This document shows, in pieces, positions 27,386 to 37,817 of a stretch of 64,000 nucleotides of DNA. The translations under genes and the position numbers were made by a program. Source of the stretch: Phycisphaerae bacterium (GTDB lineage Bacteria > Planctomycetota > Phycisphaerae > WQYP01); contig DASZZD010000032.1 of NCBI GenBank assembly GCA_035545015.1, positions 1-64,000 on the forward strand, written 5' to 3'. The notes beneath the pieces were generated by a model. It had not been told where the DNA came from, did no database searches, and worked only from the letters and a program-made list of their open reading frames with translations. Every line of letters starts with the position of its first letter. Position 1 is the stretch's first letter.

Positions 27386-28105
27386 ATGCCCGCTTCCTGC
27401 GTCATCTTCGATTTCGACGGCGTCATCGCCGATACCGAATCCCTCCACCTTGCCGCCTATAACCGCACCCTCGCGCGGCATGCGGCCGACATCGGCGGTC
27501 CCCTCGAAATTCCGCGCCCCGCTTACTTCGGAAAATACATCGTCTTCGGCGACACCGAAGCGTTTTTCCATATGCTCCGCGACCATGGCCGCCCGACCGA
27601 TCCCGCCCTCATCGACCGCCTCGCCGCCGCCAAGCACGCCCTCTTCGAAAACAGCCTCACCTCCGGCCACCCCTTCGAGCCCCTCCCCGGGGTGCGCGAC
27701 ACCCTCGCCTTTCTTGAATCCCACAACGTCCCCCGCGCCATCTGCTCAGGCGCCCGCCGCGGCGAAATTATCGACCTCCTCGACGCCTTCCAGCTTCGCC
27801 ACCATTTCGACGTCCTCGTCTCCATAGAAGACGTCCGCCGCGGCAAACCGGACCCCGAAGGCTACAACCTCGCCTTCGACAAGCTCAATCTGGAATATGA
27901 TGCCGAGCTCGAAAAAGAAAAATCCCTCGTGATCGAAGACTCCGCCGGCGGTTGCGCCGCCGCCCAGGCCGCCGGCCTGCGCGTCCTCGCCGTCGCCACT
28001 TCCTTGCCGCTGGAAGAAGTCCGTCGCTGCGCCACCTTCGCCCTGCCCGACCTCTCCCATCTCACCCCCGCGCAACTCGCCGAGTGGCTTCACGTGCACG
28101 CGTAG
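27386..28105 (+). CDS. HAD-superfamily hydrolase (beta-phosphoglucomutase-like)
   Basis: Motif I VIFDFDGVIADTE. Motifs II-IV (ICSG, K..PDPEGY, IEDSAGGCAAAQAAG). Confidence 0.85.
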   Translation: MPASCVIFDFDGVIADTESLHLAAYNRTLARHAADIGGPLEIPRPAYFGKYIVFGDTEAFFHMLRDHGRPTDPALIDRLAAAKHALFENSLTSGHPFEPLPGVRDTLAFLESHNVPRAICSGARRGEIIDLLDAFQLRHHFDVLVSIEDVRRGKPDPEGYNLAFDKLNLEYDAELEKEKSLVIEDSAGGCAAAQAAGLRVLAVATSLPLEEVRRCATFALPDLSHLTPAQLAEWLHVHA

Positions 28106-28173
28106 CGAAGCCTCCGATGCGGGCGGAAACCCCGTGACCCACCTCACGTTCAGTACCGGCCAACCCATCAAGC

Positions 28174-28601
28174 TCATGCTCGTCCCCGCCACCTCACCCT
28201 GAAGCGCGTAACGGCAGCGATCGCCAATGCCAACGCCGCCACCAAGCCCTCGACAACCCGCGTCTCACACAATGCCCACACCTCCTTTGACGCCACATCA
28301 TGCGGGGGGCGGCTCATCAAGACGTCCAGCAGGACGTTTGTGTCCACCAGCACCAGAAGCCATATTTCTCCTCCAGCCCTTCTTCCAAGGACCTCCCGGT
28401 CGCTCTTGCGGGTTGTCACACGCACAAGACCAGATGCCTTTCGCGTGATGGGAGACACATCTTTGTTTTTCGAGCGCTTCGCCGATGCCGCCCGCACGAA
28501 TGTCGCGAACAGTTCCGACACGCTTGTTCCCCGCCGCGCCGCCAGTTCCTTCGCCGCCTTTACCACCTCCGGATCGGCGCTCAGGTCAATTTCGTCGCCA
28601 T
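28174..28601 (-). pseudogene. decayed vapBC-like toxin-antitoxin remnant (RHH antitoxin-like region fused in frame to an N-terminal fragment of a PIN domain)
   Basis: RHH-like IDLSADPEVVKAAKELAARRGTSVSELFATFVRAAS, then the PIN N-terminal signature LVLVDTNVLLDVL, ending after about 60 aa. SD+ATG at 28601 is in the +1 frame relative to the RHH frame (apparent 1-nt indel). G-ending codon style. Confidence 0.45.
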
Positions 28602-28660
28602 ACGCACTCTCCTTATACGTATGTAACTTACCATACGCCGGGGAGTGCCCGACTATCTCC

Positions 28661-31600
28661 TCACGGCGTGTGCACCTTGTCCGCGGGCTTCGCTCCCTGG
28701 CCATTGCCGTGGCCGTGGGTCGTTTCCGTGTGTCCCGCATGTTCGCCGGGCGTGACGGTGACTTCGTCGGTATCGGCCGCCGCGAAGGCCGCCTGCAGTT
28801 CCTTGTGGGTGCGGGCGCTGCGGAAGAAGGGAATCCGGTCCAGCACGTTTTCCTGGATCCATTCGAGGTACAGATAAATCACGGGCGTCACGAAGAGCGT
28901 GATGAGCTGCGCGAACAGCAGGCCGCCCACGATCACCAGGCCCAGGGGCCGGCGCGAATCGGGGTCCGCGCCCGTGCCGATGACCAGGGGAACGGCGCCC
29001 ATCACGGCCGCGCCGGTGGTCATGATGATCGGCCGGAAGCGGTCCATCGACGCATCGTGAATGGCCTGCTTGGCGGGCTGTCCCTCGCCGACGCGCTGGA
29101 TGGCGAAGTCCACGATCATGATGCCGTTCTTCTTCACGATCCCCATCAGCATGAACATGCCCACGAACGCGTAGAGCGTCGCCTCGGCGGGCACGAAGCC
29201 CGCGATGTGATGGTTGGCCAGAAGCCACGCCCCGCCCAGGTTCCAGAGCGCCAGCGTGCCCAGCCCGCCGAACAGCGCCACCGGCAGCGTCGAGAGCACC
29301 GTGATCGGGTGCAGGTACGATTCATACAGAATCCCCAGCACCACGTACATGATGAACACCGCCAGGAACATCAGCCCGATCAGGGCAGGGACCGTCTGGC
29401 GGAACGTCTCCGCCTCGCCCTGGAGGAATCCATGGACGGTCGGGGGGAGCACTTCCTTGGCCGAATCCTGAATGTATTTCGTCGCATCGCCGATGTTCGC
29501 CCCGGGCGCCAGGGCATAGCTGATCGTGACGGAGGCGAACTGGTTGATGTGATTCACCGCCTGCAGGCCCAAATCCTGCTTCCAGGTCGCCACCGCCTTC
29601 AGGGGCACCAGCCGCTGGCCGTCATCGGAGCGCACGTAAAGCAGGTCCAGGTCCGAAGGCTGCGACCGATCGGCGTCGGGCGCTTCGAGGATGACCTGGT
29701 ACTGATTGTGCGGGTCCTTGATGAGATAGATGTAATTTTCCGAATAGGCCGCCCGCAGGAGCGCCACGATGCGCTGGGCCGACACGCCGTAATAGGACGC
29801 CTGATCGCGCAGGACATTGATTTCAAGCTGCGGCGTGGAATGCTGGTAGTCGGAGCTGAAATACATGAACATCGATCCCTGCTTGGCGGCGAACTTCCCC
29901 ATCATCCGCTGGGCCGCCGCGTACACTTCGTCAGGATCGGTGCCGGACATGGCGAACGAGTATTTACCCGCGAGCTGCGAGGCTCCGCCCACGGAAATCT
30001 GCAGCACCGGCTGCGGGCCGAACAGCGGCACGACCCCGGGAATCTGCGACGCCGCGCCGATCAACTGCCCGTCCACCGCATCGATCGGCGCACGCTTGGA
30101 CCGATCCGTGAGAAAGGCGATCACCAATCCGTCCGACGATGCGAGAAACTGGCTGTTGCCGGTCATCGTGAAGGTGGTCTGCACCGCCGGATTCGCCTGG
30201 ATGACCTTCTCCACCTGCGACTGATACGCCCGCATCTGCTCCGGCGAGGAGCCTTCCTGGGCGCGCATCAATCCCAGGATGAACCCGGAATCGCCCACCG
30301 GCAGGAACGCTTTCGGAACGATCTGGAACAGGTACACCGTTCCCGCGAGGCACACCACGAACACCGCGATCGAGATCACGTGGAACCGCAGGAAGAACCA
30401 CAGCACCCGCCCGTACACCGCCAGCACGCGCTTCTCCACCGACCCGATCAGGCGCTCGGCGATGGTCTTCTTCGATCCCGGCCCGCGCCCGCGCAAAAGC
30501 CGCGAGCACATCAGCGGCGTGATCGTCAAGGACACCAGCCCGGAGGCGAGGATGGCGATGATGATCGTGACCGCAAACTCATTGAAGATGCGGCCGATCA
30601 GCCCGGGCATGAACACCATGGGGATGAACACCGTCGACAGCGACAGGGTCATGGACACGATCGTGAAGGAAATCTCGCGCGCCGAATGCAGGGTCGCCGT
30701 CAGCGCGGGCTCGCCGTGCTCCATGCGCCGCACCGTGTTTTCCAGGAACACGATCGCGTCATCGACCAGGAACCCGATCGCCAGCGTCAGCGCCAGCAGC
30801 GACAGGTTGTCGATCGAGTAGCCCAGCAGGCGCATGGCGATGAAGGTCAGAAACAGCGAAAGCGGCAGCGCCACGACCGGGATCAGCGTATCCGACACGC
30901 GCCCCAGGAACGCGAAAATCACCAGCACCACCAGCACGAACGCCAGGTACAGCGTGCCCGTCGCGTCATCGACCGAATGCACGATGGTTTGCGAACGGTC
31001 ATACACCGGGATGATGTGGATCGACCCCGGCAGGTCCGACAGAATCGCCGGCACGAGTTCCTTCACCGATTTGGCCACAGCCACCGCGTTGGCTCCCGCC
31101 TGGCGCGACACGGCCAGGATCAGCGTGGCGCTGGGCACATCGGTTCCGCGCTGCCAGAAGCGCATCGAGACGCGCTCGTCCTGCACGGAATCGGTCGCGG
31201 TGGCCACATCCTTGAGATAGATGGGCGTGCCCCCCTTGAGGCCCACGATCAGCTTGTTGTAATCGGCGGCGTCGGTGATCTGGGTGTTGGGATTGAGCAG
31301 AAACGAACGTGTCGGCCCGTCGATCTGCCCCGCCCCGGAGTAAGGCGTCGCGCTCTGCACGGCCGCCGACAAATCCGTCAGCGTCATGTCCCGCGCCGCC
31401 AGCTCGGAGGGATCGGCCTTGATGCGCACCGCGGATTGCGTCCCGTAAATGTCGCAGCGCGACACTCCCGGCAGGGTCGCAATGCGCTGCTGCACGTCCA
31501 GCGACGCATAGTCATACAGCCGCGCCGCCGTCACCGAGCTGCTGGTCATGGCGATGTACATGATCGGCTGGTCGTTGGGATTCGTCTTTGAGAACGTCGG

Positions 31601-31984
31601 GGGCGAAGGCAGGTCGACCGGCAGCGAGCCCCCCGCCGCGGAGATCGCCGTCTGCACGTCCGTCGCCGCCGCGTCGATGGACTTGGTGAGGTTGAATTGC
31701 AGCGTGATCGAGCAGTTGCCCTGCGTGGATTTCGAGGTCACCAGGTCCAGGCCGGGGATCTGCATGAACTGCTTTTCCAGGGGCGTGGCGATATTCGCGG
31801 CCACCGTTTCCGGCGATGCCCCGGGATAGGACGCCCGCACCTGGATCACGGGATAATCGACGGCCGGCAGGTCGTTCACCGGCATCGCCAGGTAGGACAT
31901 GATCCCGAAGAGAATCGCCGCCAGCGTCAGCAGCACCGTGAGCACCGGCCGGCGCACGAAGGGCTCGGAAATGCTCCTCATCAC
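28661..31984 (-). CDS. RND efflux transporter permease (AcrB/HAE1 family)
   Basis: 1107 aa, 12-TM architecture, N-terminal MMRSISEPFVRRPVLTVLLTLAAILFGIMSYLAMPVNDLP typical of AcrB-like pumps. Confidence 0.93.
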   Translation of the reverse strand: MMRSISEPFVRRPVLTVLLTLAAILFGIMSYLAMPVNDLPAVDYPVIQVRASYPGASPETVAANIATPLEKQFMQIPGLDLVTSKSTQGNCSITLQFNLTKSIDAAATDVQTAISAAGGSLPVDLPSPPTFSKTNPNDQPIMYIAMTSSSVTAARLYDYASLDVQQRIATLPGVSRCDIYGTQSAVRIKADPSELAARDMTLTDLSAAVQSATPYSGAGQIDGPTRSFLLNPNTQITDAADYNKLIVGLKGGTPIYLKDVATATDSVQDERVSMRFWQRGTDVPSATLILAVSRQAGANAVAVAKSVKELVPAILSDLPGSIHIIPVYDRSQTIVHSVDDATGTLYLAFVLVVLVIFAFLGRVSDTLIPVVALPLSLFLTFIAMRLLGYSIDNLSLLALTLAIGFLVDDAIVFLENTVRRMEHGEPALTATLHSAREISFTIVSMTLSLSTVFIPMVFMPGLIGRIFNEFAVTIIIAILASGLVSLTITPLMCSRLLRGRGPGSKKTIAERLIGSVEKRVLAVYGRVLWFFLRFHVISIAVFVVCLAGTVYLFQIVPKAFLPVGDSGFILGLMRAQEGSSPEQMRAYQSQVEKVIQANPAVQTTFTMTGNSQFLASSDGLVIAFLTDRSKRAPIDAVDGQLIGAASQIPGVVPLFGPQPVLQISVGGASQLAGKYSFAMSGTDPDEVYAAAQRMMGKFAAKQGSMFMYFSSDYQHSTPQLEINVLRDQASYYGVSAQRIVALLRAAYSENYIYLIKDPHNQYQVILEAPDADRSQPSDLDLLYVRSDDGQRLVPLKAVATWKQDLGLQAVNHINQFASVTISYALAPGANIGDATKYIQDSAKEVLPPTVHGFLQGEAETFRQTVPALIGLMFLAVFIMYVVLGILYESYLHPITVLSTLPVALFGGLGTLALWNLGGAWLLANHHIAGFVPAEATLYAFVGMFMLMGIVKKNGIMIVDFAIQRVGEGQPAKQAIHDASMDRFRPIIMTTGAAVMGAVPLVIGTGADPDSRRPLGLVIVGGLLFAQLITLFVTPVIYLYLEWIQENVLDRIPFFRSARTHKELQAAFAAADTDEVTVTPGEHAGHTETTHGHGNGQGAKPADKVHTP

Positions 31985-33189
31985 TCATTCCTCCCCGTCG
32001 CGGGAGCGGTCGCGGCCGGTGGCGTCGCCGCCCCCGCCGTCCCGCTTTCCTGCGTCGATGGGCCGCCCACTGACACGTCCGGCACCCCCTCCACCGGCGG
32101 CACCACATGCACCAGGCCCCCCGACGTCACCGACAACTGCCCCGTCTGCACCACCCGGTCCCCGGCCTTGACCCCCTTCTCAATCACCACCATCGCCCCC
32201 TGCCGCTGGCCCATCTCGATCGGCCGCTGCTCCGCCTTCGAATCCGCGCTCAGCACGTACACATACGGTCCCTGCTGGCCCATCTGGGTGCACTGATAGG
32301 GTATGAGCACCGCGTCCTTGAGCGTCCGCAACACGAGGCGCACGTTCACGAACTGCCCCGGCCACAGATACTTGTCCTCGTTCTTCAGCGTCGCCTGCAC
32401 GCGCAGCCGCCCCGCCCCCTGCTGCACCGACGTATCCAGAAACGTGAGCGGACCGCTGCGCACTTCCGCCGGATTCTGCGGCACGGTGACCTGCACCTCC
32501 AGCGTGCCCTCATCCGACAACTTCCGCACTTCCGGAAAATCCCGCTCGGTTACCGTGAAATCGACATACAACGGCTGCAACCGCTGGATGGTCAAAATCG
32601 AGGTCTGGTTGGCGTTGACCACGTTGCCCACATCCACCAGCCGCTGGCCGGCCCGGCCGTCGATCGGGGAATCGATGTAGCAGAAGGAGAGGTTCAGCTT
32701 GGCGGTGTCGAGGTCGGCCTGATTGACGGCCACATCCGCGACCGCGGTATCGACGGCGGCCTTCTTGGTGTCGAGGTCCTCCTGCGAGGCCGCATGCACG
32801 GCGAAGGCCTGCTGCAAGCGCCGGTAATCCGCATCCGCCAGCTCCTTCTCGGCGAGGGCGTGCTGCACGTTGGCTTCGGCCTGCTTGACCTTGGCTTCAT
32901 AGGGCCGCGGATCGATCGTGAACAGGTGCTGGCCCTTTGTGACCATCGCCCCGTCCTGGAACAGCCGCTCGGTGATCTGCCCCCCCACCTGCGGCGTGAT
33001 GTTCACCAGCTCGCTGGCCACGGTATGGCCGATTTCATCGATATACTGCGGCACATCCTGCTGCACCGCGGTCGCCACCGTCACCGGCGGCGGCGGACGG
33101 GTGGCCTGCTGTTGCGGCGCGCCCTTCCCGCATCCGGCCAGCGCCGCACCGATCGACAAGACGACAATCCACTTCGCACGCACGTCCAC
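31981..33189 (-). CDS. RND efflux periplasmic adaptor (membrane fusion protein, AcrA/MexA-like)
   Basis: Lipoprotein signal (LAGC), coiled-coil hairpin and beta-barrel MFP regions. 4-nt overlap with the RND gene. Confidence 0.88.
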   Translation of the reverse strand: MDVRAKWIVVLSIGAALAGCGKGAPQQQATRPPPPVTVATAVQQDVPQYIDEIGHTVASELVNITPQVGGQITERLFQDGAMVTKGQHLFTIDPRPYEAKVKQAEANVQHALAEKELADADYRRLQQAFAVHAASQEDLDTKKAAVDTAVADVAVNQADLDTAKLNLSFCYIDSPIDGRAGQRLVDVGNVVNANQTSILTIQRLQPLYVDFTVTERDFPEVRKLSDEGTLEVQVTVPQNPAEVRSGPLTFLDTSVQQGAGRLRVQATLKNEDKYLWPGQFVNVRLVLRTLKDAVLIPYQCTQMGQQGPYVYVLSADSKAEQRPIEMGQRQGAMVVIEKGVKAGDRVVQTGQLSVTSGGLVHVVPPVEGVPDVSVGGPSTQESGTAGAATPPAATAPATGRNE

Positions 33190-33271
33190 AAACGCTCCTT
33201 CAGGGACCCTGTTCTCGGCAGATTCCCTTTACAATAGCCGCGCCCCACCTCGCCCGGCAAGGCGCTAACAA

Positions 33272-33284
33272 TTGCATCATGCAA
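33272..33284. promoter_or_regulatory. perfect palindrome TTGCAT-C-ATGCAA in the divergent promoter region upstream of the RND efflux operon (candidate operator)
   Basis: Direct inspection. Located about 85 nt upstream of the MFP start codon (33189). Confidence 0.35.
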
Positions 33285-33300
33285 ATGTCGTCCCTGCCCC

Positions 33301-33543
33301 TTGTTTACCGCCCCCGCCCCCCCCCTGACCCACCGCCGCCTCAAGATATTCGCCACCCGCTTCGTCAACGATCCGCTCGGATTCGATGAAGCCTATAAAC
33401 GCGTCCATGATGCATGCTTCCCCGACGGTCTGACCCCGCCTTTTTGTGCCTATCAGGACTTGGTAACATTAAAAACGGTCGCCGGCCGGCCGCAGGACTT
33501 GGCCGACCTCCAAGAGCTGCGCACTGCTCGAGGTGAAACGTGA
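33301..33543 (+). CDS. small hypothetical protein with C-terminal GRPQDLADL motif
   Basis: 80 aa. The C-terminal ..LVTLKTVAGRPQDLADLQEL resembles C-termini of small nucleotidyltransferase-fold proteins. Stop overlaps the GTG start of the next ORF (GTGA). Confidence 0.3.
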   Translation: MFTAPAPPLTHRRLKIFATRFVNDPLGFDEAYKRVHDACFPDGLTPPFCAYQDLVTLKTVAGRPQDLADLQELRTARGET

Positions 33544-33764
33544 CCCCGCAGGCCTCCACCCGATCTTCTCAGGAACCATCCTCGTCGTGGGACGCCGGAA
33601 CCTTCGAAAGCTTGCGCCGCCGGCAACTCCAATGCTGGGCCGGCACCCCGTTCATCGAGAAAGTGCGCTGGCTCGAAGAGGCCCAGCGCGTGGCCAATCA
33701 CTTGCGTCCCCTGCAATCCGTCCCGCAAGCTCCCGACGCTTGGGCATCAGGCGCCCATGGCTAA
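33540..33764 (+). CDS. small hypothetical protein, translationally coupled to the preceding ORF
   Basis: 74 aa, GTG start, no recognisable domain. Coupling is the only support. Confidence 0.25.
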   Translation: MTPQASTRSSQEPSSSWDAGTFESLRRRQLQCWAGTPFIEKVRWLEEAQRVANHLRPLQSVPQAPDAWASGAHG

Positions 33765-34072
33765 CAACAGACTGCCCCTGGACCAGCAACCCCCGCCGCC
33801 CCACGAGTGACCGTAATCCCGCAATGCGCAAAGCAGCGGAACGCTGATGCGTGTCATCCCCGTCCGGAGTGAAGGGGGTGACGAGACCGGTAGACTTTCC
33901 AGCGCGAGCGATCCATCCTGCCTTCCCTCATGGTGGCCAAAGCCGATCGCTCTCGTCCCGCCCTATGGCCGGGATGGGGACGACAGACTTTTGCGTGGCG
34001 TGCGTTTTGCGAATGGTCGGGCGGGGGATAGGATCGGGGTGGAGTTTGCGTGTCCCTTTGTCGAGGGTGCCG

Positions 34073-36550
34073 ATGGGTAGTGGGTCAGCGATGCATCCGG
34101 GGGCGGGAGACGGAGGGAGCGGAGGCGAGGCGGAGGGGGGCGGGAGGCGGGCGGCCAACAGGCTTATCGAATCGACCAGTCCGTATCTGTTGCAGCACGC
34201 GCACAATCCGGTGGACTGGTATCCCTGGGGGGAGGAGGCGTTCGCCAAAGCGCGGGCGGAGGGGAAGCCGATCTTTTTGTCGATCGGGTATTCGGCGTGC
34301 CACTGGTGTCACGTGATGGAGCGGGAGGTGTTCGAGAAGCCGGCGATTGCGGAGGTGATGAACGCGCATTTCGTGAACATCAAGGTGGACCGTGAAGAGC
34401 GGCCGGACGTGGATGACGTGTACATGCTGGCGACGCAACTGATGACCGGGAGCGGGGGTTGGCCGATGAGCGTGTGGCTGACGCCGGAGTTGAAGCCGTT
34501 TTACGCGGGGACCTATTTTCCGCCGGAGGATGGGGCGCATGGGAGGCCGGGGTTTGTGCGGCTGGAAAAGGCGCTGGCGGAGGCGTGGGCGAATCGGCGG
34601 GGGGAATTGCTGGAGCAGGCCCGGCGCGTGGCGGAGGCGGTGCATATCCACGCGGATGAAGGCGGGGGAGCGGGGGCGGGGCCTGTGGACATGGCGGCGT
34701 GGGCGGTGAAGGGATTGGAGGAATTCGCGGATCGGTTTGATGAGGCGCACGGCGGGCTGGGCGGCGCGCCCAAGTTTCCGCCGCACCAGGCGCTGGCGCT
34801 CTGGCTCACGATGCTGCGCCATCCCAACGCGGCGCAGTTGTCGCAGGAAGAGGTGGCGGCGGTCGAGATGATGGTCGCCGGCACGCTCGACGGCATGATG
34901 AACGGCGGGATTTACGATCAGGTCGGCGGGGGCTTCGCACGCTATTCCACCGACGAGAAATGGCTGGTGCCGCACTTTGAAAAGATGCTCTACGACAACG
35001 CGCAGCTCGCCGCCGTGTATGGGCTGGCGGCGGCACACTTCGGGCGCGGCGATTATGCCCGCGTGGCGCGGCAGACGCTCGATTTCTGGCTGCGCGAGAT
35101 GACCGGCGAACGCGGGGGCGGCGGCGGGTTTTATTCGACGCTGGATGCGGATTCCGAAGGGGCGGAGGGGAAGTTTTATGTGTGGACCGTTGCGGACGTG
35201 CGGGCGGCGCTGGGCGACGGGGCGGGCGGGGATGATGCGGCGCTGATGATGGAGCATTTCGGCGTGACGGAGGCGGGGAATTGGCACGAGTCGCCGGTGC
35301 CGAGCGGGAACGTCTTGAGCGTGGTCAGGGATGTGGAGACGCTGGCGCGGGAACGGGGAGTGAGCGTGGAGGCCATGCGCGGGCGGATCGACGGCCTGCT
35401 GGTGAAGATGCGAGAATGGCGGGCCAGACGCGTGCCGCCCGGGCTGGATGACAAGGTGCTGACAAGCTGGAACGGCCTGATGATCTCGGCGCTGGCGATC
35501 TGCGGGCGCGTGCTGCGCGAGCCGCGCTACCTGGAGGCGGCCCACCGGGGGATGGGGTTTCTGTTGACGGAGCATATGGAAGGGGGACGGCGGTTGCTGC
35601 GGGTGTCGCGGGGGAAAAACACGAAACACGAGACACGAAACACGAAACTGGGGCCGGTCGCCTCGGGCAGTGCGCATACGGACGGGTTTCTGGAGGATCA
35701 CGCCTTCCTGCTCAACGGCATGATGGATCTCATCGAATCCACTACCGCGACCAGCCTCCCGGGTACCATGGCCCGCAAGCGCGCGCTCGAACTGGCCGAC
35801 GTGATGGTGAAGCATTTTGAGGACCCCGAGAAGGGGGCGTTTTTCTTCACCTCCCGGAAGCACGAGGTGCTCTTCGCGCGCATCAAGAACGCGGCCGACA
35901 ACGCGACGCCCTCCGCCAACGGGATGGCCATCCGGGCGCTGCTGCGTCTGGCGGCGGAATCGGGCCGGGAGGAATACCGCGAGAAGGCGCTGCGGGCGGT
36001 CGGGGCGTTCGCGGCCACGATCGGCCGGCGTCCCGATTTCTTTCCGACGATCCTGCAGGCGCTGGTCGAGGACATGGAAGCGCGCACCCGCGGCGTCGGC
36101 GGCGCGCGGGAAACCCTGCCGATCCGCCCGGCCCTCGTCGATGTGGGCCACGGCGCCGGCGGCGGAAGCAAGGTGCTCTCCGTCAACGCCCACGCCGGGA
36201 AGGTGGCCGACGGAAAATTTGAAGTGTTGGTCGAACTCACCCTGGCCGAGGGCTATCACGTCCAGCCGCACCATCCCCAGGACCGCGAAGCCTTCGCCAC
36301 CGTGGCCCGCGTGCGCGGCGACCTGCCCCTGGCCAAACAGGAATGGACTTACCCCGCCGGCGGTGAGGAAGATCACGCCTACGAAGGCAACGTCCGCATG
36401 ATCGGCGCCTGCACCCTCGGCGGCGGAGCGGCGGGGGTGAAGCCCGGAAAATATCCCATGCGCGCCACCGTGCTCGCCCAGCCATGCTCCGGAGCAAGCT
36501 GCCTGGCGCCGGAGAAAGTCAGCGCCGAGTTCGTGGTGGAAGTTCCTTGA
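34073..36550 (+). CDS. thioredoxin-domain protein of the YyaL/DUF255 (SSP411-like, N-acylglucosamine 2-epimerase-like) family
   Basis: [41 protein letters not shown] motifs. The ORF is open from 33851 and the start is uncertain (ATG 34073 or 34091). N-terminal two-thirds G3 codons, C-terminal third C3 codons. Confidence 0.85.
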   Translation: MGSGSAMHPGAGDGGSGGEAEGGGRRAANRLIESTSPYLLQHAHNPVDWYPWGEEAFAKARAEGKPIFLSIGYSACHWCHVMEREVFEKPAIAEVMNAHFVNIKVDREERPDVDDVYMLATQLMTGSGGWPMSVWLTPELKPFYAGTYFPPEDGAHGRPGFVRLEKALAEAWANRRGELLEQARRVAEAVHIHADEGGGAGAGPVDMAAWAVKGLEEFADRFDEAHGGLGGAPKFPPHQALALWLTMLRHPNAAQLSQEEVAAVEMMVAGTLDGMMNGGIYDQVGGGFARYSTDEKWLVPHFEKMLYDNAQLAAVYGLAAAHFGRGDYARVARQTLDFWLREMTGERGGGGGFYSTLDADSEGAEGKFYVWTVADVRAALGDGAGGDDAALMMEHFGVTEAGNWHESPVPSGNVLSVVRDVETLARERGVSVEAMRGRIDGLLVKMREWRARRVPPGLDDKVLTSWNGLMISALAICGRVLREPRYLEAAHRGMGFLLTEHMEGGRRLLRVSRGKNTKHETRNTKLGPVASGSAHTDGFLEDHAFLLNGMMDLIESTTATSLPGTMARKRALELADVMVKHFEDPEKGAFFFTSRKHEVLFARIKNAADNATPSANGMAIRALLRLAAESGREEYREKALRAVGAFAATIGRRPDFFPTILQALVEDMEARTRGVGGARETLPIRPALVDVGHGAGGGSKVLSVNAHAGKVADGKFEVLVELTLAEGYHVQPHHPQDREAFATVARVRGDLPLAKQEWTYPAGGEEDHAYEGNVRMIGACTLGGGAAGVKPGKYPMRATVLAQPCSGASCLAPEKVSAEFVVEVP
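35616..35650. repeat. tandem heptamers AAACACG x4 (+AAACTGG) inserted in frame in the thioredoxin-domain gene
   Basis: gggggAAAAACACGAAACACGAGACACGAAACACGAAACTGGGG encodes [14 protein letters not shown]. Coincides with the switch in codon style. Confidence 0.6.
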
Positions 36551-36792
36551 GGAAGCCATTTCAAAAAGCGTGGCATTGGCGTCCGGCCCCATGCTCTGAT
36601 CGAGAAAAACAGGGTTACTCGAACATGGGCAGGATGCCCATGCCACTTTATGAAATGGCGGGGCGGGGACGGGGGGGGGGGACGTGTCGATAAAACTTTG
36701 TGTTAGATGAGGCGGACACGAACCGTCTTACTTGACATGCGCGGGGACGGGGAGTATTTCCACGGGTCTTTGCTTGATAGCGTGGAGGCAGG

Positions 36793-37815
36793 ATGGCGAC
36801 GGTTGAGTCGAAGCCGCGAGGGGGCGGAGTTGGGGCGACGGGAAGCGGGACCGGCGGGGGTCCGGACATCGTGGTGGAAAATCTCACGAAAGCCTACGGT
36901 AATTTTGTCGCGGTCAAGGGCATTTCCTTCCAGGTGCCTCGCGGCGAGATCGTCGGCTTCCTCGGACCCAACGGCGCCGGGAAAACCACGACCATCCGCA
37001 TGCTGACCTGCTACATGCCCCCCACCAGCGGCCAAGCGAGCGTCGCGGGACACGACGTGTTTCGCGAATCGCTGGAAGTGCGGAAACACATCGGGTACTT
37101 GCCCGAATCCACGCCGTTGTATACGGAAATGCGTGTCGGCGAATACCTGGATTTCAAGGCCCGCCTGCACGGGATGGACCGCGAGGCCCGCCGCAGACGC
37201 GTGGCCGAGGTCGCCGCCCGCTGCTGGCTGACCGATCGGCTGCGCAGCCTCGTGGGCACGCTGTCCAAAGGCTATCGCCAGCGCGTGGGGATCGCGGATG
37301 CGATGCTGCACAATCCCAGTGTTCTGGTGCTCGATGAGCCCACGGTCGGCCTGGACCCCTCGCAGATTCGCGAAGCGCGAAAGCTCATTTCCGAACTCGG
37401 GGGCGATCACACGGTGATGCTCTGCACGCACATTCTGCAGGAAGTGGAAATGGTGTGTCAGCGCGTGATCATCGTGGCGCAGGGGCGGATCGTGGCGCAG
37501 GGCACGCCGGAGGAATTGAAGAATCGCGCCGGGGCGGGGATTCGCGCGGAGGTGCGCGGGCCGACGGATCAGGTGCAGGCGGCGCTCAGAGCGTTGCCGG
37601 GGGTGGAGAAGGTGGATGTGCTGCAAGGCGCGGGCGTGGGGGGAGGCGTGGGGCGGTTCAACGTGCGGGGCCGGACGTCGGCGGAGCTGCGGGAACAGAT
37701 CGCCGCGACCGTGGGCCAGCGGGGGTGGAGCTTGCGGGAACTGCGGACCGAGGGTGCGAGCCTAGAAGAATTCTTCGTGCAGATCACGGACCCGGGCGGG
37801 GCCGTGGCGGCGTGA
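36793..37815 (+). CDS. ABC transporter ATP-binding protein (GldA-like, ABC-2 type)
   Basis: Walker A GPNGAGKTT, signature LSKGYRQRV, Walker B LVLDEPTVGLD. Confidence 0.88.
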   Translation: MATVESKPRGGGVGATGSGTGGGPDIVVENLTKAYGNFVAVKGISFQVPRGEIVGFLGPNGAGKTTTIRMLTCYMPPTSGQASVAGHDVFRESLEVRKHIGYLPESTPLYTEMRVGEYLDFKARLHGMDREARRRRVAEVAARCWLTDRLRSLVGTLSKGYRQRVGIADAMLHNPSVLVLDEPTVGLDPSQIREARKLISELGGDHTVMLCTHILQEVEMVCQRVIIVAQGRIVAQGTPEELKNRAGAGIRAEVRGPTDQVQAALRALPGVEKVDVLQGAGVGGGVGRFNVRGRTSAELREQIAATVGQRGWSLRELRTEGASLEEFFVQITDPGGAVAA

Positions 37816-37817
37816 GG

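Noticed and set aside
36614-36680. Hairpin ATGGGCAggaTGCCCAT followed by a long G-run as a terminator of the thioredoxin-domain gene
   Set aside because: No downstream T-tract. Could be a structured element but evidence is insufficient.
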